In this document: positions 25,002-35,639 of the stretch, piece after piece
Layout of the letters: every line of letters starts with the position of its first letter
Position numbering within the stretch: the first letter of the stretch is position 1
DNA from: an uncultured Alphaproteobacteria bacterium
GTDB lineage: Bacteria > Pseudomonadota > Alphaproteobacteria > UBA11222
NCBI GenBank assembly: GCA_937888955.1
Contig: CALAQW010000065.1
Location: forward strand, 12,902-76,901
DNA: 64,000 nucleotides
Reading direction: 5' to 3'
The notes under the pieces: model-generated
Told to the model about the DNA's origin: nothing
The model's input: only the letters and a program-made list of their open reading frames with translations
The model's database searches: none
Made by a program: the position numbers and the translations under genes

Positions 25002-26433
25002 TACCCCGCGGTGCTGCTACCTGCCCTGTTTCCGAAAACGTCAAAAGTGCGGCCACAACCCGTGACATGCCACTGGAAAGCGACCCCTTGACCATGACGA
25101 TGTCGCCGGGACGCAAACCGTCGATCACAGGCTTTGCCAGTTCGGCGGCATCGGACTTATGCGCGCCCTGCATCCTTTTGGGCAGGGCGGCATACATCGC
25201 CGCCATTTCCGGGCCGGCTGCAAATATCAGGTCAATTTTCTGCTGCTGCATTATGTTGGCAAGTTCCAGATGATAGTCTTGGCTATGGGTACCGAGTTCG
25301 GCCATATCGCCGATAACGGCGATCCGCCTGCCGGATTTTTCAGGTGACTGATGCGCCAGATTTTCGATCGCGGCGCGCATCGACGCGGGATTGGCGTTAT
25401 AGCTGTCATCGAACAGGGTGAATTCGCCGGTGGCCAACTGCAATTGATGGCGCATGCCACGCCCTGCGAGCGATGCAAGATTTCCCAGCGCCAGACTTGC
25501 CAGGGCCAGATCCTGATCGCAAGCAGCTATCGCCCCCATCACCGCAAGGCTGTTCATTGCCCAATGGCGCCCCACCAGTCCGATTTTATATGTCGCAGCC
25601 TGACCCAGAATTGTTGCGGCGACACAAGTGCAGTGACTGTGCGGCACGGCCTTCTGCAACCTGATGTCGGCTTGCGCATGAGATCCGAAACTCCGGATCA
25701 TGCGCGCCTTGCCACCGGCCCGCTCCGCCAGCAGATCAAAAAACTCGCTGTCGCGATTGATCAGCGCAACACCGTCAGATTTAAGGCCGGCAAAAATCTC
25801 CGCCTTGGCTTCGGCAATTTCTGTCACTGACGCAAAATGCCCGATATGCGCTGCCGCAATCGCGGTAATGATCGCAACATCAGGCTGGACAAGACGCGAC
25901 AGGGGCGCGATCTCGCCGGCATGATTCATACCGATCTCGAAAATACCGAACTGTGTATCGGCAGGCATCCGCGCCAGGCTCAGGGGCACGCCCCATAAAT
26001 TATTGTAGGATGCGACTGATGCATGTGTCTTTCCTACCGCGCCGAAAGCCGCGCGCAGCATTTCCTTCGTGCCGGTTTTGCCCACACTGCCCGTCACCGC
26101 GATAATCCGGGCATCCACACGCTGCCGCGCAGCAACAGCAAGTGCGTTCAGCCCTGCAAGCGTATCGGCAACGATCAGCAAAGGCGCATCGGCCGGCACA
26201 TCTTCGGGGATATGATCGACCAGCGCGCATACCGCGCCATTGGCAAGCGCATCCTTGACGAATTTATGCCCGTCCTGTGCGGGACCGCGGATCGCCACGA
26301 ACAGATCGCCAGGCTCGACCGTCCGGCTGTCTATCGAAACGCCACTGGCCGTCCAGCGCCTGCTGCTGTTCCCGCCTGTGGCCGCGATCGCCGCGTCAGA
26401 TTGCCAGAGCGGTTCACGAATGCTCATGCGCAC
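24985..26433 (-). CDS. murF: UDP-N-acetylmuramoyl-tripeptide--D-alanyl-D-alanine ligase
   Basis: Motifs [11 protein letters not shown] and DDSYNANP. Confidence 0.95.
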   Translation of the reverse strand: MRMSIREPLWQSDAAIAATGGNSSRRWTASGVSIDSRTVEPGDLFVAIRGPAQDGHKFVKDALANGAVCALVDHIPEDVPADAPLLIVADTLAGLNALAVAARQRVDARIIAVTGSVGKTGTKEMLRAAFGAVGKTHASVASYNNLWGVPLSLARMPADTQFGIFEIGMNHAGEIAPLSRLVQPDVAIITAIAAAHIGHFASVTEIAEAKAEIFAGLKSDGVALINRDSEFFDLLAERAGGKARMIRSFGSHAQADIRLQKAVPHSHCTCVAATILGQAATYKIGLVGRHWAMNSLAVMGAIAACDQDLALASLALGNLASLAGRGMRHQLQLATGEFTLFDDSYNANPASMRAAIENLAHQSPEKSGRRIAVIGDMAELGTHSQDYHLELANIMQQQKIDLIFAAGPEMAAMYAALPKRMQGAHKSDAAELAKPVIDGLRPGDIVMVKGSLSSGMSRVVAALLTFSETGQVAAPRGIEDAV

Positions 26434-27925
26434 CTCCCCGATCTGCGTTTTCTACGGGCTCCGCCGCCAGACAATCAGCCGCAACCAACCGATCATCGAA
26501 GGGTTCTGTCCGGTCGGAAAATTGCTGACCCGTTTCGTGCCCCTTACCGGCGATTACCAGCAGGTCGTCAGCCCCCATCTCTGAAATCGCCAGGGCAATC
26601 GCCCCACGCCTGTCATCGAGATCCCGCGCAGACGGGCACTGCGCACAGATCGCCGCCCGGATCGTTTCAGGCTGCTCCGACCGCGGATTATCGTCGGTCA
26701 CATAAATTTCGTCGGCAAGCTGTTGCGCAACGGCGCCCATCATTGGCCGCTTGCCCCGATCCCGGTCCCCACCACAGCCGAACACGAGACGCAATCGCCC
26801 CCGACAATGCGGCCGTACGGTTTCAAGCACCGCGCGCAAGGCATCGGGCGTGTGCGCGTAATCGACAAACACGGGCGCACCAAGGCTTGTCTTGCCAACC
26901 AGTTCCAATCGCCCAGGCACCGCAACAAGTGCGGGCAAGACGCCAAAAACATCTTCAGGGTCTTCCCCGCAGGATATGACAAGCGCGGCTGCCATCAACG
27001 CATTCATCGCCTGAAAACGCCCCGGAAGCGCCAGATCGATTTCCCATTCACGGGTGCCCAGACCAATACGCAAATGCTGACGCTCGCCCGCAACCTCGCA
27101 GGATAGAAGACGCAGATCGCCGAACCGGCCGCCGACGGACACGATCTGCTGCCCGCGTGCCCAGCTCAGGGATTCCGCTTCGGAAAACACTTCGGCCTCT
27201 CGGCTCAACACGGCCGCGCCACCGGGTGCCAGCACTTCCCCGAACAGGCGCAGCTTGGCATACATATATGCGCGTTCATCCGCGTGATAATCCAGATGAT
27301 CGCGTGCAATATTGGTCAAGGCCGCCGCACGCAACTGCATGCCGTCAAGCCGGTATTGCGCAAGCCCGTGGCTCGACGCCTCTACCGCGACATGGGTCAC
27401 CCCCTGCGTGGCGAGAGCGGCAAGCTGGCTGTAGAGAATTTCGGGCGGCGGGGTTGTATGGACATAAGTTTCCGCCGCGATCCGGCAATCGCCAAGCACG
27501 CCAAGCGTGCCGATACTTGCCGCTTTGCGCCCCAATGCCAGCCAGATCTGCCGCGTGAAATCAACAATCGAGGTCTTGCCGTTGGTTCCGGTCACAGCCA
27601 CTGCAATTTCCGGCTGCGGCCCATAAAACCGGGCGGCGATCCGCGCCAGCCGCCGGCGTGGATTTGAATCGACGATAACCGCGACGCGCGAATTATCCGA
27701 AAGCAGCGGGCAATTGCGCATCACCTTCGGAGACACAAGCAATGCCGCCGCCCCCCTGGACAGGGCATCTTCTATATATTGGGCGCCATCGGTCTTGCTG
27801 CCCGACAATGCCGCGAACAGATAACCGGGCTTAACCGCGCGACTATCCGTAGCGATACCGGTGATGTCGATATCCCCCTGAAACGCCCGGGCGCGATCTG
27901 CGGATGTCAGTTCGGCCAGCCGCAT
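26414..27925 (-). CDS. murE: UDP-N-acetylmuramoyl-L-alanyl-D-glutamate--2,6-diaminopimelate ligase
   Basis: Motifs GTNGKTS, DYAHTPDAL and the DNPR motif (TDDNPRSE). Confidence 0.95.
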   Translation of the reverse strand: MRLAELTSADRARAFQGDIDITGIATDSRAVKPGYLFAALSGSKTDGAQYIEDALSRGAAALLVSPKVMRNCPLLSDNSRVAVIVDSNPRRRLARIAARFYGPQPEIAVAVTGTNGKTSIVDFTRQIWLALGRKAASIGTLGVLGDCRIAAETYVHTTPPPEILYSQLAALATQGVTHVAVEASSHGLAQYRLDGMQLRAAALTNIARDHLDYHADERAYMYAKLRLFGEVLAPGGAAVLSREAEVFSEAESLSWARGQQIVSVGGRFGDLRLLSCEVAGERQHLRIGLGTREWEIDLALPGRFQAMNALMAAALVISCGEDPEDVFGVLPALVAVPGRLELVGKTSLGAPVFVDYAHTPDALRAVLETVRPHCRGRLRLVFGCGGDRDRGKRPMMGAVAQQLADEIYVTDDNPRSEQPETIRAAICAQCPSARDLDDRRGAIALAISEMGADDLLVIAGKGHETGQQFSDRTEPFDDRLVAADCLAAEPVENADRGGAHEHS

Positions 27926-27927
27926 CG

Positions 27928-29646
27928 TTATTCCACCCCGCGCATGGCAGCAAGCTGCAACGGATCATCATCAAACCGCGGACGCACGCCAAGGATCGGC
28001 GCAATCCGACTGATAACCGCGCCAACCGCGGGCGCAGCCGTCCAGCCACCGGTTGCGTAATTATATGTTTCAGGCCGCCCCTGCGGCTCGTCGAGAACGA
28101 CAAACACAAGATAGCGGGGCGCTTCGGCGGGAAAAATGCCGACAAAGGAAGACAGTTTTGCATTCTTCGCATAGCGTCCGCCGGCGGCTTTGTTGGCGGT
28201 GCCGGTTTTACCGCCAACCGAATATCCCGGCACATCCGCACGCGATCCGGTACCGTCCTTCGAGGTGACAGCCAGACGCAGCAGGCGGCGCAAGTTCAGA
28301 CTTGTCGCCTCGGATATGACACGTTCGCCCAGCCCGTCATCGTCGGCCAGCCGTTGCAGGATCGTGGGATAGACACGCCGGCCGCCATTGACAAGCGATG
28401 CAACGCCGGTGGCCAGATGCAAGGGGCTGACCGCAATCCCATGCCCATAGGCAACCGTCATGGTCTTGGCATCACCCCAGGGCTGCGGAACAGGCGGCAC
28501 CATCGCGCCGGGCAACTCGATTGGCAACCGCTCAAACATGCCCAGCCGCGACAGAAATTCCCGCTGCCCCCGCGCACCGACCTGCATTGCCATTTTCGCT
28601 GATCCGATATTGGACGAATGCAAAAAGATTTCGGTGACGGACAAAGGCCGCCGTTCGGGATGATAATCGCGTATCCAGAAGCGCGACACGCGGATGGGGT
28701 CTGTCGCGTCATAAATATCGTCAAGCGCAGCGAGCCCCGCATCAAGTGTCATGCCTGTCGTGAATATTTTAAAAGTCGACCCCAACTCGTAAAGCCCGCT
28801 GGTAACCTGATTGAAGTAGCGTTTCTGATCCGGGTCTTGCACATGATTGGGGTCAAAATCAGGCAAGGATACGAGCCCCAGCACCTCGCCATTGCGGACA
28901 TCCAGCACCACTCCGGATGCGGCCACAGCGCTGAAATAGGCCATGGAATTCCGCAACTCGTCATGCAAGGCATGCTGAACCCGCAAATCAAGCGAAAGCC
29001 GCAACGGCCCCTCGCCGGCGGCCAGCAGATCATCATAGGATTTCTCAACCCCGCTAAGGCCGCGATAATCGTCGCCGGTATAGCCAACCACATGACTAAA
29101 AAGCTCTTTAGACGGATAAATACGCTCCAGTTGCCGCTGAAACCGTAGTCCCGGAATACCAAGTTCGTTGATCTGCTGCTGCTGCCACGGGCTGAGCCGG
29201 TCCGCGATCACCGCATACCGGCCGCTATGATTGATTACCCGTTCCGCGCGATGCCGATCAAACCCTGGAAGGGCATTGACAATACGATCAAGCGCGGCCG
29301 CCACATCAGGCACCTCGCGCTTATCCAGCTCGAGCGCGGCAACGATCAGATTGGTTGCGATGACCTGACCGTTCCGATCGGTAATCTCCGCCCGCGGGAT
29401 CGTGCCCAGCGCGCGATGCATACCCCCATCGCGCGCGAATTCAACCTCGCCGGGCAGCGACAGATCGACAATGCGGCCTGCAATGGCGCCAAATATCAAC
29501 AGAAACAGCCCCGCAACGATGATGATCCGGTTGCGCCCCAACTCGATCGCATGATTAACGCGCCCGGTGATAACAGGCTGACCATTCGCACCCGCCATAT
29601 CTGCAGGCACATGGACCCGCCGACGTATCTCTTCCCGGGCGATCAT
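27928..29646 (-). CDS. ftsI: peptidoglycan D,D-transpeptidase FtsI (PBP3)
   Basis: N-terminal TM anchor and the three penicillin-binding motifs STFK, SSN and KTGT. Confidence 0.95.
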   Translation of the reverse strand: MIAREEIRRRVHVPADMAGANGQPVITGRVNHAIELGRNRIIIVAGLFLLIFGAIAGRIVDLSLPGEVEFARDGGMHRALGTIPRAEITDRNGQVIATNLIVAALELDKREVPDVAAALDRIVNALPGFDRHRAERVINHSGRYAVIADRLSPWQQQQINELGIPGLRFQRQLERIYPSKELFSHVVGYTGDDYRGLSGVEKSYDDLLAAGEGPLRLSLDLRVQHALHDELRNSMAYFSAVAASGVVLDVRNGEVLGLVSLPDFDPNHVQDPDQKRYFNQVTSGLYELGSTFKIFTTGMTLDAGLAALDDIYDATDPIRVSRFWIRDYHPERRPLSVTEIFLHSSNIGSAKMAMQVGARGQREFLSRLGMFERLPIELPGAMVPPVPQPWGDAKTMTVAYGHGIAVSPLHLATGVASLVNGGRRVYPTILQRLADDDGLGERVISEATSLNLRRLLRLAVTSKDGTGSRADVPGYSVGGKTGTANKAAGGRYAKNAKLSSFVGIFPAEAPRYLVFVVLDEPQGRPETYNYATGGWTAAPAVGAVISRIAPILGVRPRFDDDPLQLAAMRGVE

Positions 29647-30026
29647 CCGCCACCCCCTGCGGCATCGGATTGCCGCTGCAGACGTAGCGGATTGGGCCGC
29701 GGCGCACCGGGCATCACCGCCGTATAACGGCTCAGCAGATCAAGATCGGGCAGCCGGGGCGGCAGACTTGCCATCCTCACGATCTGCCCCGCCTCGATCG
29801 GCTGCAGATTGAGAAATTCCGAACTCAGCTCCTTCAATCTTGCCGGCCGGTTCAGATAACTCCATTCCGCCCGCAAGATAGCGATTGCCTCTTCTTCCTT
29901 GGCGATGGCGGCGCGCAGACCTTTATTATCCTGCTGCATCTGTTCGACGGTATACTTGCCGTAATAGACGCCAGCCGCGATCCCCAGCACCAAAAGCAAC
30001 ATGAAAAGAACGATAAACCGGCTCAT
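29643..30026 (-). CDS. ftsL: cell division protein FtsL
   Basis: ATG at 30026 gives MSRFIVLFMLLLVLGIAAGVYY (TM helix) followed by a coiled-coil-like segment. Position between rsmH and ftsI, with an ATGA overlap with ftsI. The 212-codon ORF-track version overlaps rsmH and is Arg/Pro/Cys-rich before this Met. Confidence 0.7.
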   Translation of the reverse strand: MSRFIVLFMLLLVLGIAAGVYYGKYTVEQMQQDNKGLRAAIAKEEEAIAILRAEWSYLNRPARLKELSSEFLNLQPIEAGQIVRMASLPPRLPDLDLLSRYTAVMPGAPRPNPLRLQRQSDAAGGGG

Positions 30027-30027
30027 G

Positions 30028-31074
30028 TCACTGCACCTCTTCCAACAAGTCGGCAACGGGATCGGGCATCGGGCGCCGGCTGGGTTGATGCATATCCGGC
30101 CAGGCGGGTGCGGCAGTCCGCGCCGCTGCCCGCAGCCGGGCCGACCGCGCCCGGGGATTGGCTGCAGCCTCTTCCGCGCCCGGCTTTTTTGCGCCGCGCC
30201 ACAGCAACGCAAAAGAAGGCGCGGGCAAATCACTTTCGACCGGCGGCAGATGTCGTGACCCCGCGCCCTGTGCGCCCGCACGCTGCACCAGAAACTCCTT
30301 CACCAGCCGGTCTTCGAGGCTGTGAAACGACACGACCGCCAGCCGCCCTTCGGGACGCAGCACCCGTTCGGCGGCGCACAGCGCATGGTAAAGCTCCCGC
30401 AGCTCATCATTGATGAAAATCCGCAAAGCCTGAAACGTGCGGGTTGCGGGATGCTTGCGACCGGCACCCCGCACGATTTCAGCGACAAGCGCGGCAAGCT
30501 CGGCTGTGCGGGTCAGCGGCTGTTCCGCACGACGCGCGACGATCCTGGCCGCGATCTGCCGCGCACGCCGCTCTTCCCCGTAATAGTAAATGATATCGGC
30601 CAATACCTGCTCGGAAAGACGATTGACCGCATCTGCCGCGCTTGGCCCGGTATCGCCCATCCGCATATCAAGCGGGCCATCCGCCTGAAATGAAAAGCCG
30701 CGCCCGGGCTGATCGAGCTGCATCGAGGACACCCCGACATCAAGCGCCACCCCATCCACCTGCGACAGACCGGCATCGCAAACCCTGGCTTCAAGCTCGG
30801 CGAAACGGGCCTGCATGAATTTGAACCGCATCGGATAACGCGCCTGTAACGCATCGGCCGCAGGCCTTACCGCCGGGTCTCGATCCAGCGCCAGCACAGT
30901 GCAATCCGCAGCCTCCAGAATCTTGCGGCTGTAACCGCCAGCACCGAATGTACCATCGACATAAACGCCGCCCGCGACCGGCTGCAAAGCATCGACAACT
31001 TCCGCAGACAGAACCGGTATATGGGGTGCCGCTACCGGCTTATCTGCATCCGTCTTCTGATCCCGCCTACCCAT
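30028..31074 (-). CDS. rsmH: 16S rRNA (cytosine1402-N4)-methyltransferase
   Basis: Motifs [26 protein letters not shown] and SFHSLEDR. The ATG at 31074 overlaps the mraZ stop by 8 nt. Confidence 0.95.
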   Translation of the reverse strand: MGRRDQKTDADKPVAAPHIPVLSAEVVDALQPVAGGVYVDGTFGAGGYSRKILEAADCTVLALDRDPAVRPAADALQARYPMRFKFMQARFAELEARVCDAGLSQVDGVALDVGVSSMQLDQPGRGFSFQADGPLDMRMGDTGPSAADAVNRLSEQVLADIIYYYGEERRARQIAARIVARRAEQPLTRTAELAALVAEIVRGAGRKHPATRTFQALRIFINDELRELYHALCAAERVLRPEGRLAVVSFHSLEDRLVKEFLVQRAGAQGAGSRHLPPVESDLPAPSFALLWRGAKKPGAEEAAANPRARSARLRAAARTAAPAWPDMHQPSRRPMPDPVADLLEEVQ

Positions 31075-31582
31075 TTTGGGGACCCTGCGGAACAGCGTCG
31101 GCAAGTTGCTGCTGCGCCTGACGCGCAACAAGACCGGAAAACTGTTCGCGCGCCTGGTCCCGCACCTGGGCGGAATATTCGGCGAAAGTGTCGGGGTTCC
31201 ACATACTGAAGCTGCTGCCCTGACCAACGAACAAGACTTCTGTGTCGATATTGGCATAGGCGCGCAAATGCGCAGGCAAAGTGATACGGCCATCGGTATC
31301 AGGCGTCAGCTCGGCCGCCTGCGCGTAAAACGCGATACCCAACGCGTCGATCTCGCCCGCGAAGGGGGCAAGCGGGTCCTGCATGCCCATGAATTGCTGC
31401 ATTTGCTGCGGCGTCACGGCCTGCAACCAGGGGCCGGCCAGCGACGGAAAGCAGATAAAAGGATTGCTGGATACGCTTGCGTCAGGACGCAACAGCCCAA
31501 GCGCGATGCGAATATGGGCCGGCACGGAAAGCCGGTCCTTCCGATCGATCTTGTTGACTGTGCAGGACAGAAACCCAGCCAC
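31067..31582 (-). CDS. mraZ: transcriptional regulator MraZ
   Basis: Two MraZ-type half-domains with DxxxR-like motifs ([11 protein letters not shown] and [13 protein letters not shown]). First gene of the dcw cluster. Confidence 0.9.
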   Translation of the reverse strand: MAGFLSCTVNKIDRKDRLSVPAHIRIALGLLRPDASVSSNPFICFPSLAGPWLQAVTPQQMQQFMGMQDPLAPFAGEIDALGIAFYAQAAELTPDTDGRITLPAHLRAYANIDTEVLFVGQGSSFSMWNPDTFAEYSAQVRDQAREQFSGLVARQAQQQLADAVPQGPQNG

Positions 31583-31741
31583 GCCGCAAACCCTCTATGC
31601 GTTCTTCACGACAGGCGACGGGCTGAATATTTTTTGAGACTGATTTTTGTGTCGGTAACGGGTTGCGACATCATTGGCCACCCTACCCGCGTTCTACAAA
31701 TGCCTCATACATCACGCCCACGCCTCCCGATGGAGTAACTA

Positions 31742-31789
31742 TGGGTATACGATGGATATCGCATGGATATCAAGTGGGATTTGATGGGA
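31742..31789. promoter_or_regulatory. five phased TGGRW direct repeats (candidate MraZ operator array)
   Basis: TGGGT at 31742, TGGAT at 31753, TGGAT at 31764, TGGGA at 31775 and TGGGA at 31785, with spacings of 11, 11, 11 and 10 bp. Lies 160-207 bp upstream of the mraZ ATG. Confidence 0.55.
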
Positions 31790-32159
31790 ATTCCTCGAAT
31801 TTCCCGAAAAACATTGATATTGATCACATGTTCTTTTTCTGTTCTTTCCACCTTAGACGCAACATTGCAAATTCCACGCAACCAATTTCCAAAACGACCG
31901 GTTTTCCCCGTTATTGTCCCCTTACGCCTCCAGCGGACCAGACAGGCAAACACGCTGCGGCTGACTGTTTCCCACCCGATCCCCGATAGCGACGCAAATA
32001 TTTTCCCATCAGTTCCCCATGCTGTCCCGGTTCACCGACTGCGGGGAATAGCCGCCCGATGCAAATATCCCGGTCGACTGCCGGATTCTAGGCAGGACGC
32101 AGCGTTTCCGCAAGCCCGCCGCGTGCGCCACCCTCTTTCAGCGCACGCCCCAGAACAGT

Positions 32160-32204
32160 CAGGCCTCGCAGGACTGCGCTGATTACGCCGCCCTGCGAGG
32201 CCTG
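32160..32204 (-). terminator. 13-bp perfect inverted repeat downstream of the MaoC-like gene (candidate terminator or REP-like hairpin)
   Basis: CAGGCCTCGCAGG (32160-32172), a 19-nt loop, then CCTGCGAGGCCTG (32192-32204). Lies 56 nt beyond the stop at 32260. No U-tract. Confidence 0.4.
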
Positions 32205-32259
32205 TTCGATGTCGGGCGGAAGCGGCAATCCACTCCCGCCCGAAGATTGCGGGTTGCCG

Positions 32260-33129
32260 CTAGTCTTTCAGCGTGCACTTGCCATTCTTGATCACCGTCA
32301 CGCCGCGTTCCTTCACCTTGCATTCGAAGGACAGGACATTGCCGTCGCGCCAGGTGTCGACGATGATCGTCTCGCCCGGGATGACCGGCGAGGAGAAGCG
32401 CACGTCAAAGCCCGTGATCTTCGTCGCATCATAACCGCAGACATTCTGGATGATTGCGCGGCAGGTCGTGCCATAGGTGCACAGCCCGTGCAGGATCGGG
32501 CGCTCGAACCCGGCGGCCTTGGCAACAGCAGGATCGGCATGCAGCGGATTGCGGTCGCCGCACAGACGGTAAAGCAGGGCCTGACCCGGCAAGGTTTCGG
32601 CCTCAAAGCTCTGATCCGGTGCGCGATCGGGCACCGCATGGGGCACAAAGCCGCCTTCCGACGGGCCACCGAACCCGCCATCGCCACGCGCGAACATGGA
32701 ACTTCCCAGCGTGAACAGCGGCTCGCCGGTTTCTTTAAGGCGCGCTGTCGTTTCGGTGCAAACAACCGCGCCCTTGTCCTTGCCCTTGTCCACGGCCGAA
32801 ATCACCCGCGAGTCATGGATGATCGTACCCGCGGCAGGCAACGGACGGTGCAGCTCGACCCGCTGCTCCCCATGCAGAACCATCAGGAAGTTAATACCGG
32901 CCCCGGCCAGCATCCGCCCGCCGGTCGGCAGGACGACGGCCATGCTCGGCACGGTCTGGATATTTTCGGTTTTCAGATCTTTTTCATAGACGAACGGCAG
33001 TTCGCGCTCATCCATCGGATCGCGCCCGAAACCGACCCCCAGCGCATACAGCATGGTGTCGCGGTCGCGATAGCTCGATTCCAGCCCCTCTACCTTGAGC
33101 GACATGATGTGATCGTAATCAATTGCCAT
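32260..33129 (-). CDS. MaoC-like (R)-specific enoyl-CoA hydratase, double hot-dog
   Basis: Hydratase motif GDRNPLHADPAVAKAAGFERPILHGLCTYG in the C-terminal half, with an N-terminal hot-dog-like half. The ATG at 33129 is preceded by GGGGAAG; the ORF-track start at 33159 has no Shine-Dalgarno sequence. Confidence 0.85.
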   Translation of the reverse strand: MAIDYDHIMSLKVEGLESSYRDRDTMLYALGVGFGRDPMDERELPFVYEKDLKTENIQTVPSMAVVLPTGGRMLAGAGINFLMVLHGEQRVELHRPLPAAGTIIHDSRVISAVDKGKDKGAVVCTETTARLKETGEPLFTLGSSMFARGDGGFGGPSEGGFVPHAVPDRAPDQSFEAETLPGQALLYRLCGDRNPLHADPAVAKAAGFERPILHGLCTYGTTCRAIIQNVCGYDATKITGFDVRFSSPVIPGETIIVDTWRDGNVLSFECKVKERGVTVIKNGKCTLKD

Positions 33130-33298
33130 TGGTTTCTTCCCCTGTTGGTTCTTTGACATCTTGGCCTAGGAAAACGCGAAACGGCGTGACGGGCAAGCCC
33201 GTTATCGTCGCGCGCACGTCTAATGCTGTTTGCGCACAGCACCACATGCTACAGATATGCCCGCAAGCTGGCGAAACGCGCAAGGGAGAAACAGGAAA

Positions 33299-34138
33299 AT
33301 GGGCTATCAGGCAATCGAACTGCAGATTTCGGACAAGATTGCGCATCTGCGCTTCAACCGCCCCGAGGCGCTGAATGCGATGAACAAGGATATGTGGCGC
33401 GAAATACCCCAGGCGGTGCAGCAGATCGATGAAGACGGCTCGGCCCGCGTTATCGTGCTGTCATCCACCGGCAAACATTTCACTGCCGGCATGGATCTCA
33501 GCGTATTCGGCGGCCCCGGCCCCTATAAAGACGCGGAAATGGGCCGCAAACGGGCGCATTTCAGGCAGGATATCTTGCGCATTCAGGAATGCTTCAATCT
33601 GTTCGAACGTGCCCGCATGCCGGTTATCGCGGCGGTTCAGGGCGGCTGTATCGGGGCAGGCGTCGATATGATCACCGCCTGCGACATGCGCTATTGCACG
33701 CGCGATGCCTTCTTCTGCATTCAGGAAATCAATATCGGCATCACCGCCGATGTCGGCACCTTGCAGCGTTTGCCGAAACTCATTCCAGAAGGGATCGCCC
33801 GGGAACTGGCCTATACCGGCCGGCGGATGCCCGCCGCCGAAGCCCGCGATTGCGGCCTGATCAACCGGGTCTTCGATACGCAGGAAGAAATGCTTGCAGG
33901 GGTGATGGAGATTGCAGGCGAGATTGCCAGCAAATCACCGCTGGCCATCTGGGGTTCGAAAGAAATGCTGAATTACGCGCGCGACCATTCGGTGCAGGAT
34001 GGGCTGAACCATATCGCGACCTGGCAAGCGGGCATGTATTTCTCGCAGGATATGAAGGAGGCAATGGCCGCCCAGAAAGAAAAGCGCGCACCCGATTTCG
34101 ACGATATCCTGCCGGTACGTGGCGGCATGCTTGACTGA
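33299..34138 (+). CDS. enoyl-CoA hydratase/isomerase (crotonase) family protein
   Basis: The ATG at 33299 is preceded by AGGGAGAAACAGGAAA. Crotonase motifs RPEALNAM, GKHFTAGMDL and IAAVQGGCIGAGVDM. Confidence 0.9.
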   Translation: MGYQAIELQISDKIAHLRFNRPEALNAMNKDMWREIPQAVQQIDEDGSARVIVLSSTGKHFTAGMDLSVFGGPGPYKDAEMGRKRAHFRQDILRIQECFNLFERARMPVIAAVQGGCIGAGVDMITACDMRYCTRDAFFCIQEINIGITADVGTLQRLPKLIPEGIARELAYTGRRMPAAEARDCGLINRVFDTQEEMLAGVMEIAGEIASKSPLAIWGSKEMLNYARDHSVQDGLNHIATWQAGMYFSQDMKEAMAAQKEKRAPDFDDILPVRGGMLD

Positions 34139-34248
34139 GACACCTCGGACAAGGCCCCATCGCCTGGCCGGTGACAGCTCAACAATCTCCGGCCAGACAC
34201 AAGGCTCCTGCTTCATCCAGCTGGGGCGTTTAGTCGGGCATTACCCCG

Positions 34249-35466
34249 TCAGATAATCGCCCCCGCCGCCCGCAATGCGGCAATGTCCGCATCGCTGCAT
34301 CCGGCTTCGCGCAACACCTGCTCGGTATGCTCGCCGACCTCGGGCGCGCGGCGCGGCTTGACCTTGCGCGCACCTTCGACCCAGATCGGACTGTCGATGG
34401 TCTTGACCGATCGCGCACCGGGCAGATCCAGGTCGACCAGCATATTATTGGCCAGCACCTGCGGATCAGAGACCACATCGCAATTGCGGTTGATCGGCCC
34501 GGTCGTCACCCGGTTTTCAAGCAGGACCTGACGCCATTCCGACCAGTCTTTTTCAGCAAACACAGCATCAAGCGCCGCCGTCAGCCCTGCGAGGTTTTCC
34601 TGCCGCGCGGCCGCTGTCTCATAACGGGGATCGGTGACAAGATCGGAACGCCCGATGGCCCTGGCGAAACTTTCCCAGCTCGCATCGTTCTGCAGCACCG
34701 CCACGATAAAGGCACGGCCATCACGGCACTCATAGTGATTGACCAGCGTTTGCGGACTCACCTCGGGCTTGTCGGGATCAAATACCTGCACACCGCACAG
34801 CTCCGCCTGCAAGGCCACGGCATTTGACCAGATTCCATTCGCCAGCAGCGAGGTGTGCACGCGCCCGCCCTTGCCCGTCCGTTCGCGGCGATAGAGCGCC
34901 ATCAGGATCGACGACAACATGCCCATCGAGGTCACCATGTCCCCGGCCGCCGGGGGCATGACCGTGCGCGGTGCGCCATGGGCACGGGTATATTCCATCA
35001 GCCCCGATCGCGCCCACCAGGATGTCGCGTCATAGCCGGGCTTGCTCGCTTCCTCGCCCTGCTCGCCATAGGCGGTCAGGGAGGCGTGGATCATCCGTTC
35101 GTTAAGCGGTTTGAGATCCTCATAGCGGATTTTCAGACGCTCCTGCACATTGGGTGGCAGGTTCGTCAGAAACACATCGCATTCTGCGACAAGCCGCTCG
35201 AACGGCGCGCGGGCGTCAGGCTTTTTGAGATCAAGCGCCAGGCTGCGCTTGTTGCGCGCCACATGCAGCCAGGAATAGTTGAGATCGCAATCGGGCATTG
35301 CCGTGGTCATCGGCAGATAACGATAGAGATCGCCGATTCCCGGCGGTTCGATCTTGATCACATCGGCGCCAAAATCCGACATGATGGTGGCCGCGGCCGG
35401 GCCGGCGACGAAGCTGCCGAAATCAAGGACCTTGATCCCGTCCAATATCGGTTCCGCATCCTGCAT
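34249..35466 (-). CDS. family III CoA-transferase (CaiB/BaiF-like)
   Basis: The ATG at 35466 gives MQDAEPILDGIKVLDFGSFVAGPAAATIMSDFGADVIKIEPP, a typical family III N-terminus. Confidence 0.9.
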   Translation of the reverse strand: MQDAEPILDGIKVLDFGSFVAGPAAATIMSDFGADVIKIEPPGIGDLYRYLPMTTAMPDCDLNYSWLHVARNKRSLALDLKKPDARAPFERLVAECDVFLTNLPPNVQERLKIRYEDLKPLNERMIHASLTAYGEQGEEASKPGYDATSWWARSGLMEYTRAHGAPRTVMPPAAGDMVTSMGMLSSILMALYRRERTGKGGRVHTSLLANGIWSNAVALQAELCGVQVFDPDKPEVSPQTLVNHYECRDGRAFIVAVLQNDASWESFARAIGRSDLVTDPRYETAAARQENLAGLTAALDAVFAEKDWSEWRQVLLENRVTTGPINRNCDVVSDPQVLANNMLVDLDLPGARSVKTIDSPIWVEGARKVKPRRAPEVGEHTEQVLREAGCSDADIAALRAAGAII

Positions 35467-35639
35467 CCCACATCCTCCCACTTTATTTTTGTCGCATCCG
35501 CGATTTTGCCGGGCACTTGCAGGAAGTGTAACCCCGGCTTGGCACAAGCGGCAAAGAAAAGCGGTGGATTGGGTAGTCCCATATCCGGGAAAGTGGTGTT
35601 CACTGACCGGAAAACGGAACGGGGCGGGCGAACACATAC

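Noticed and set aside
30028-31293. Long N-terminal extensions in ORF-track models of rsmH (421 aa), ftsL (212 aa), bamD, ddl, murC, ftsQ, the CoA-transferase, purB, sfsA, cinA-like, the dioxygenase and yjbF.
   Set aside because: The extensions overlap the upstream gene or add Arg/Cys/Pro-rich sequence ahead of conserved N-termini or signal peptides. Internal ATGs restore canonical N-termini and 4-8-nt overlaps or short gaps typical of coupled operons.
31763-32182. 139-codon plus-strand ORF in the region upstream of mraZ.
   Set aside because: No Shine-Dalgarno sequence, no motif, and Pro/Arg/Leu-rich composition. It begins inside the TGGRW repeat array and is more plausibly non-coding regulatory DNA.
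34164-34196. CTGGCCGG-N17-CCGGCCAG hairpin between the convergent crotonase and CoA-transferase genes, considered as a bidirectional terminator.
   Set aside because: The stem is only 8 bp with a 17-nt loop and no U-tract on either strand. That is too weak to call as a feature.
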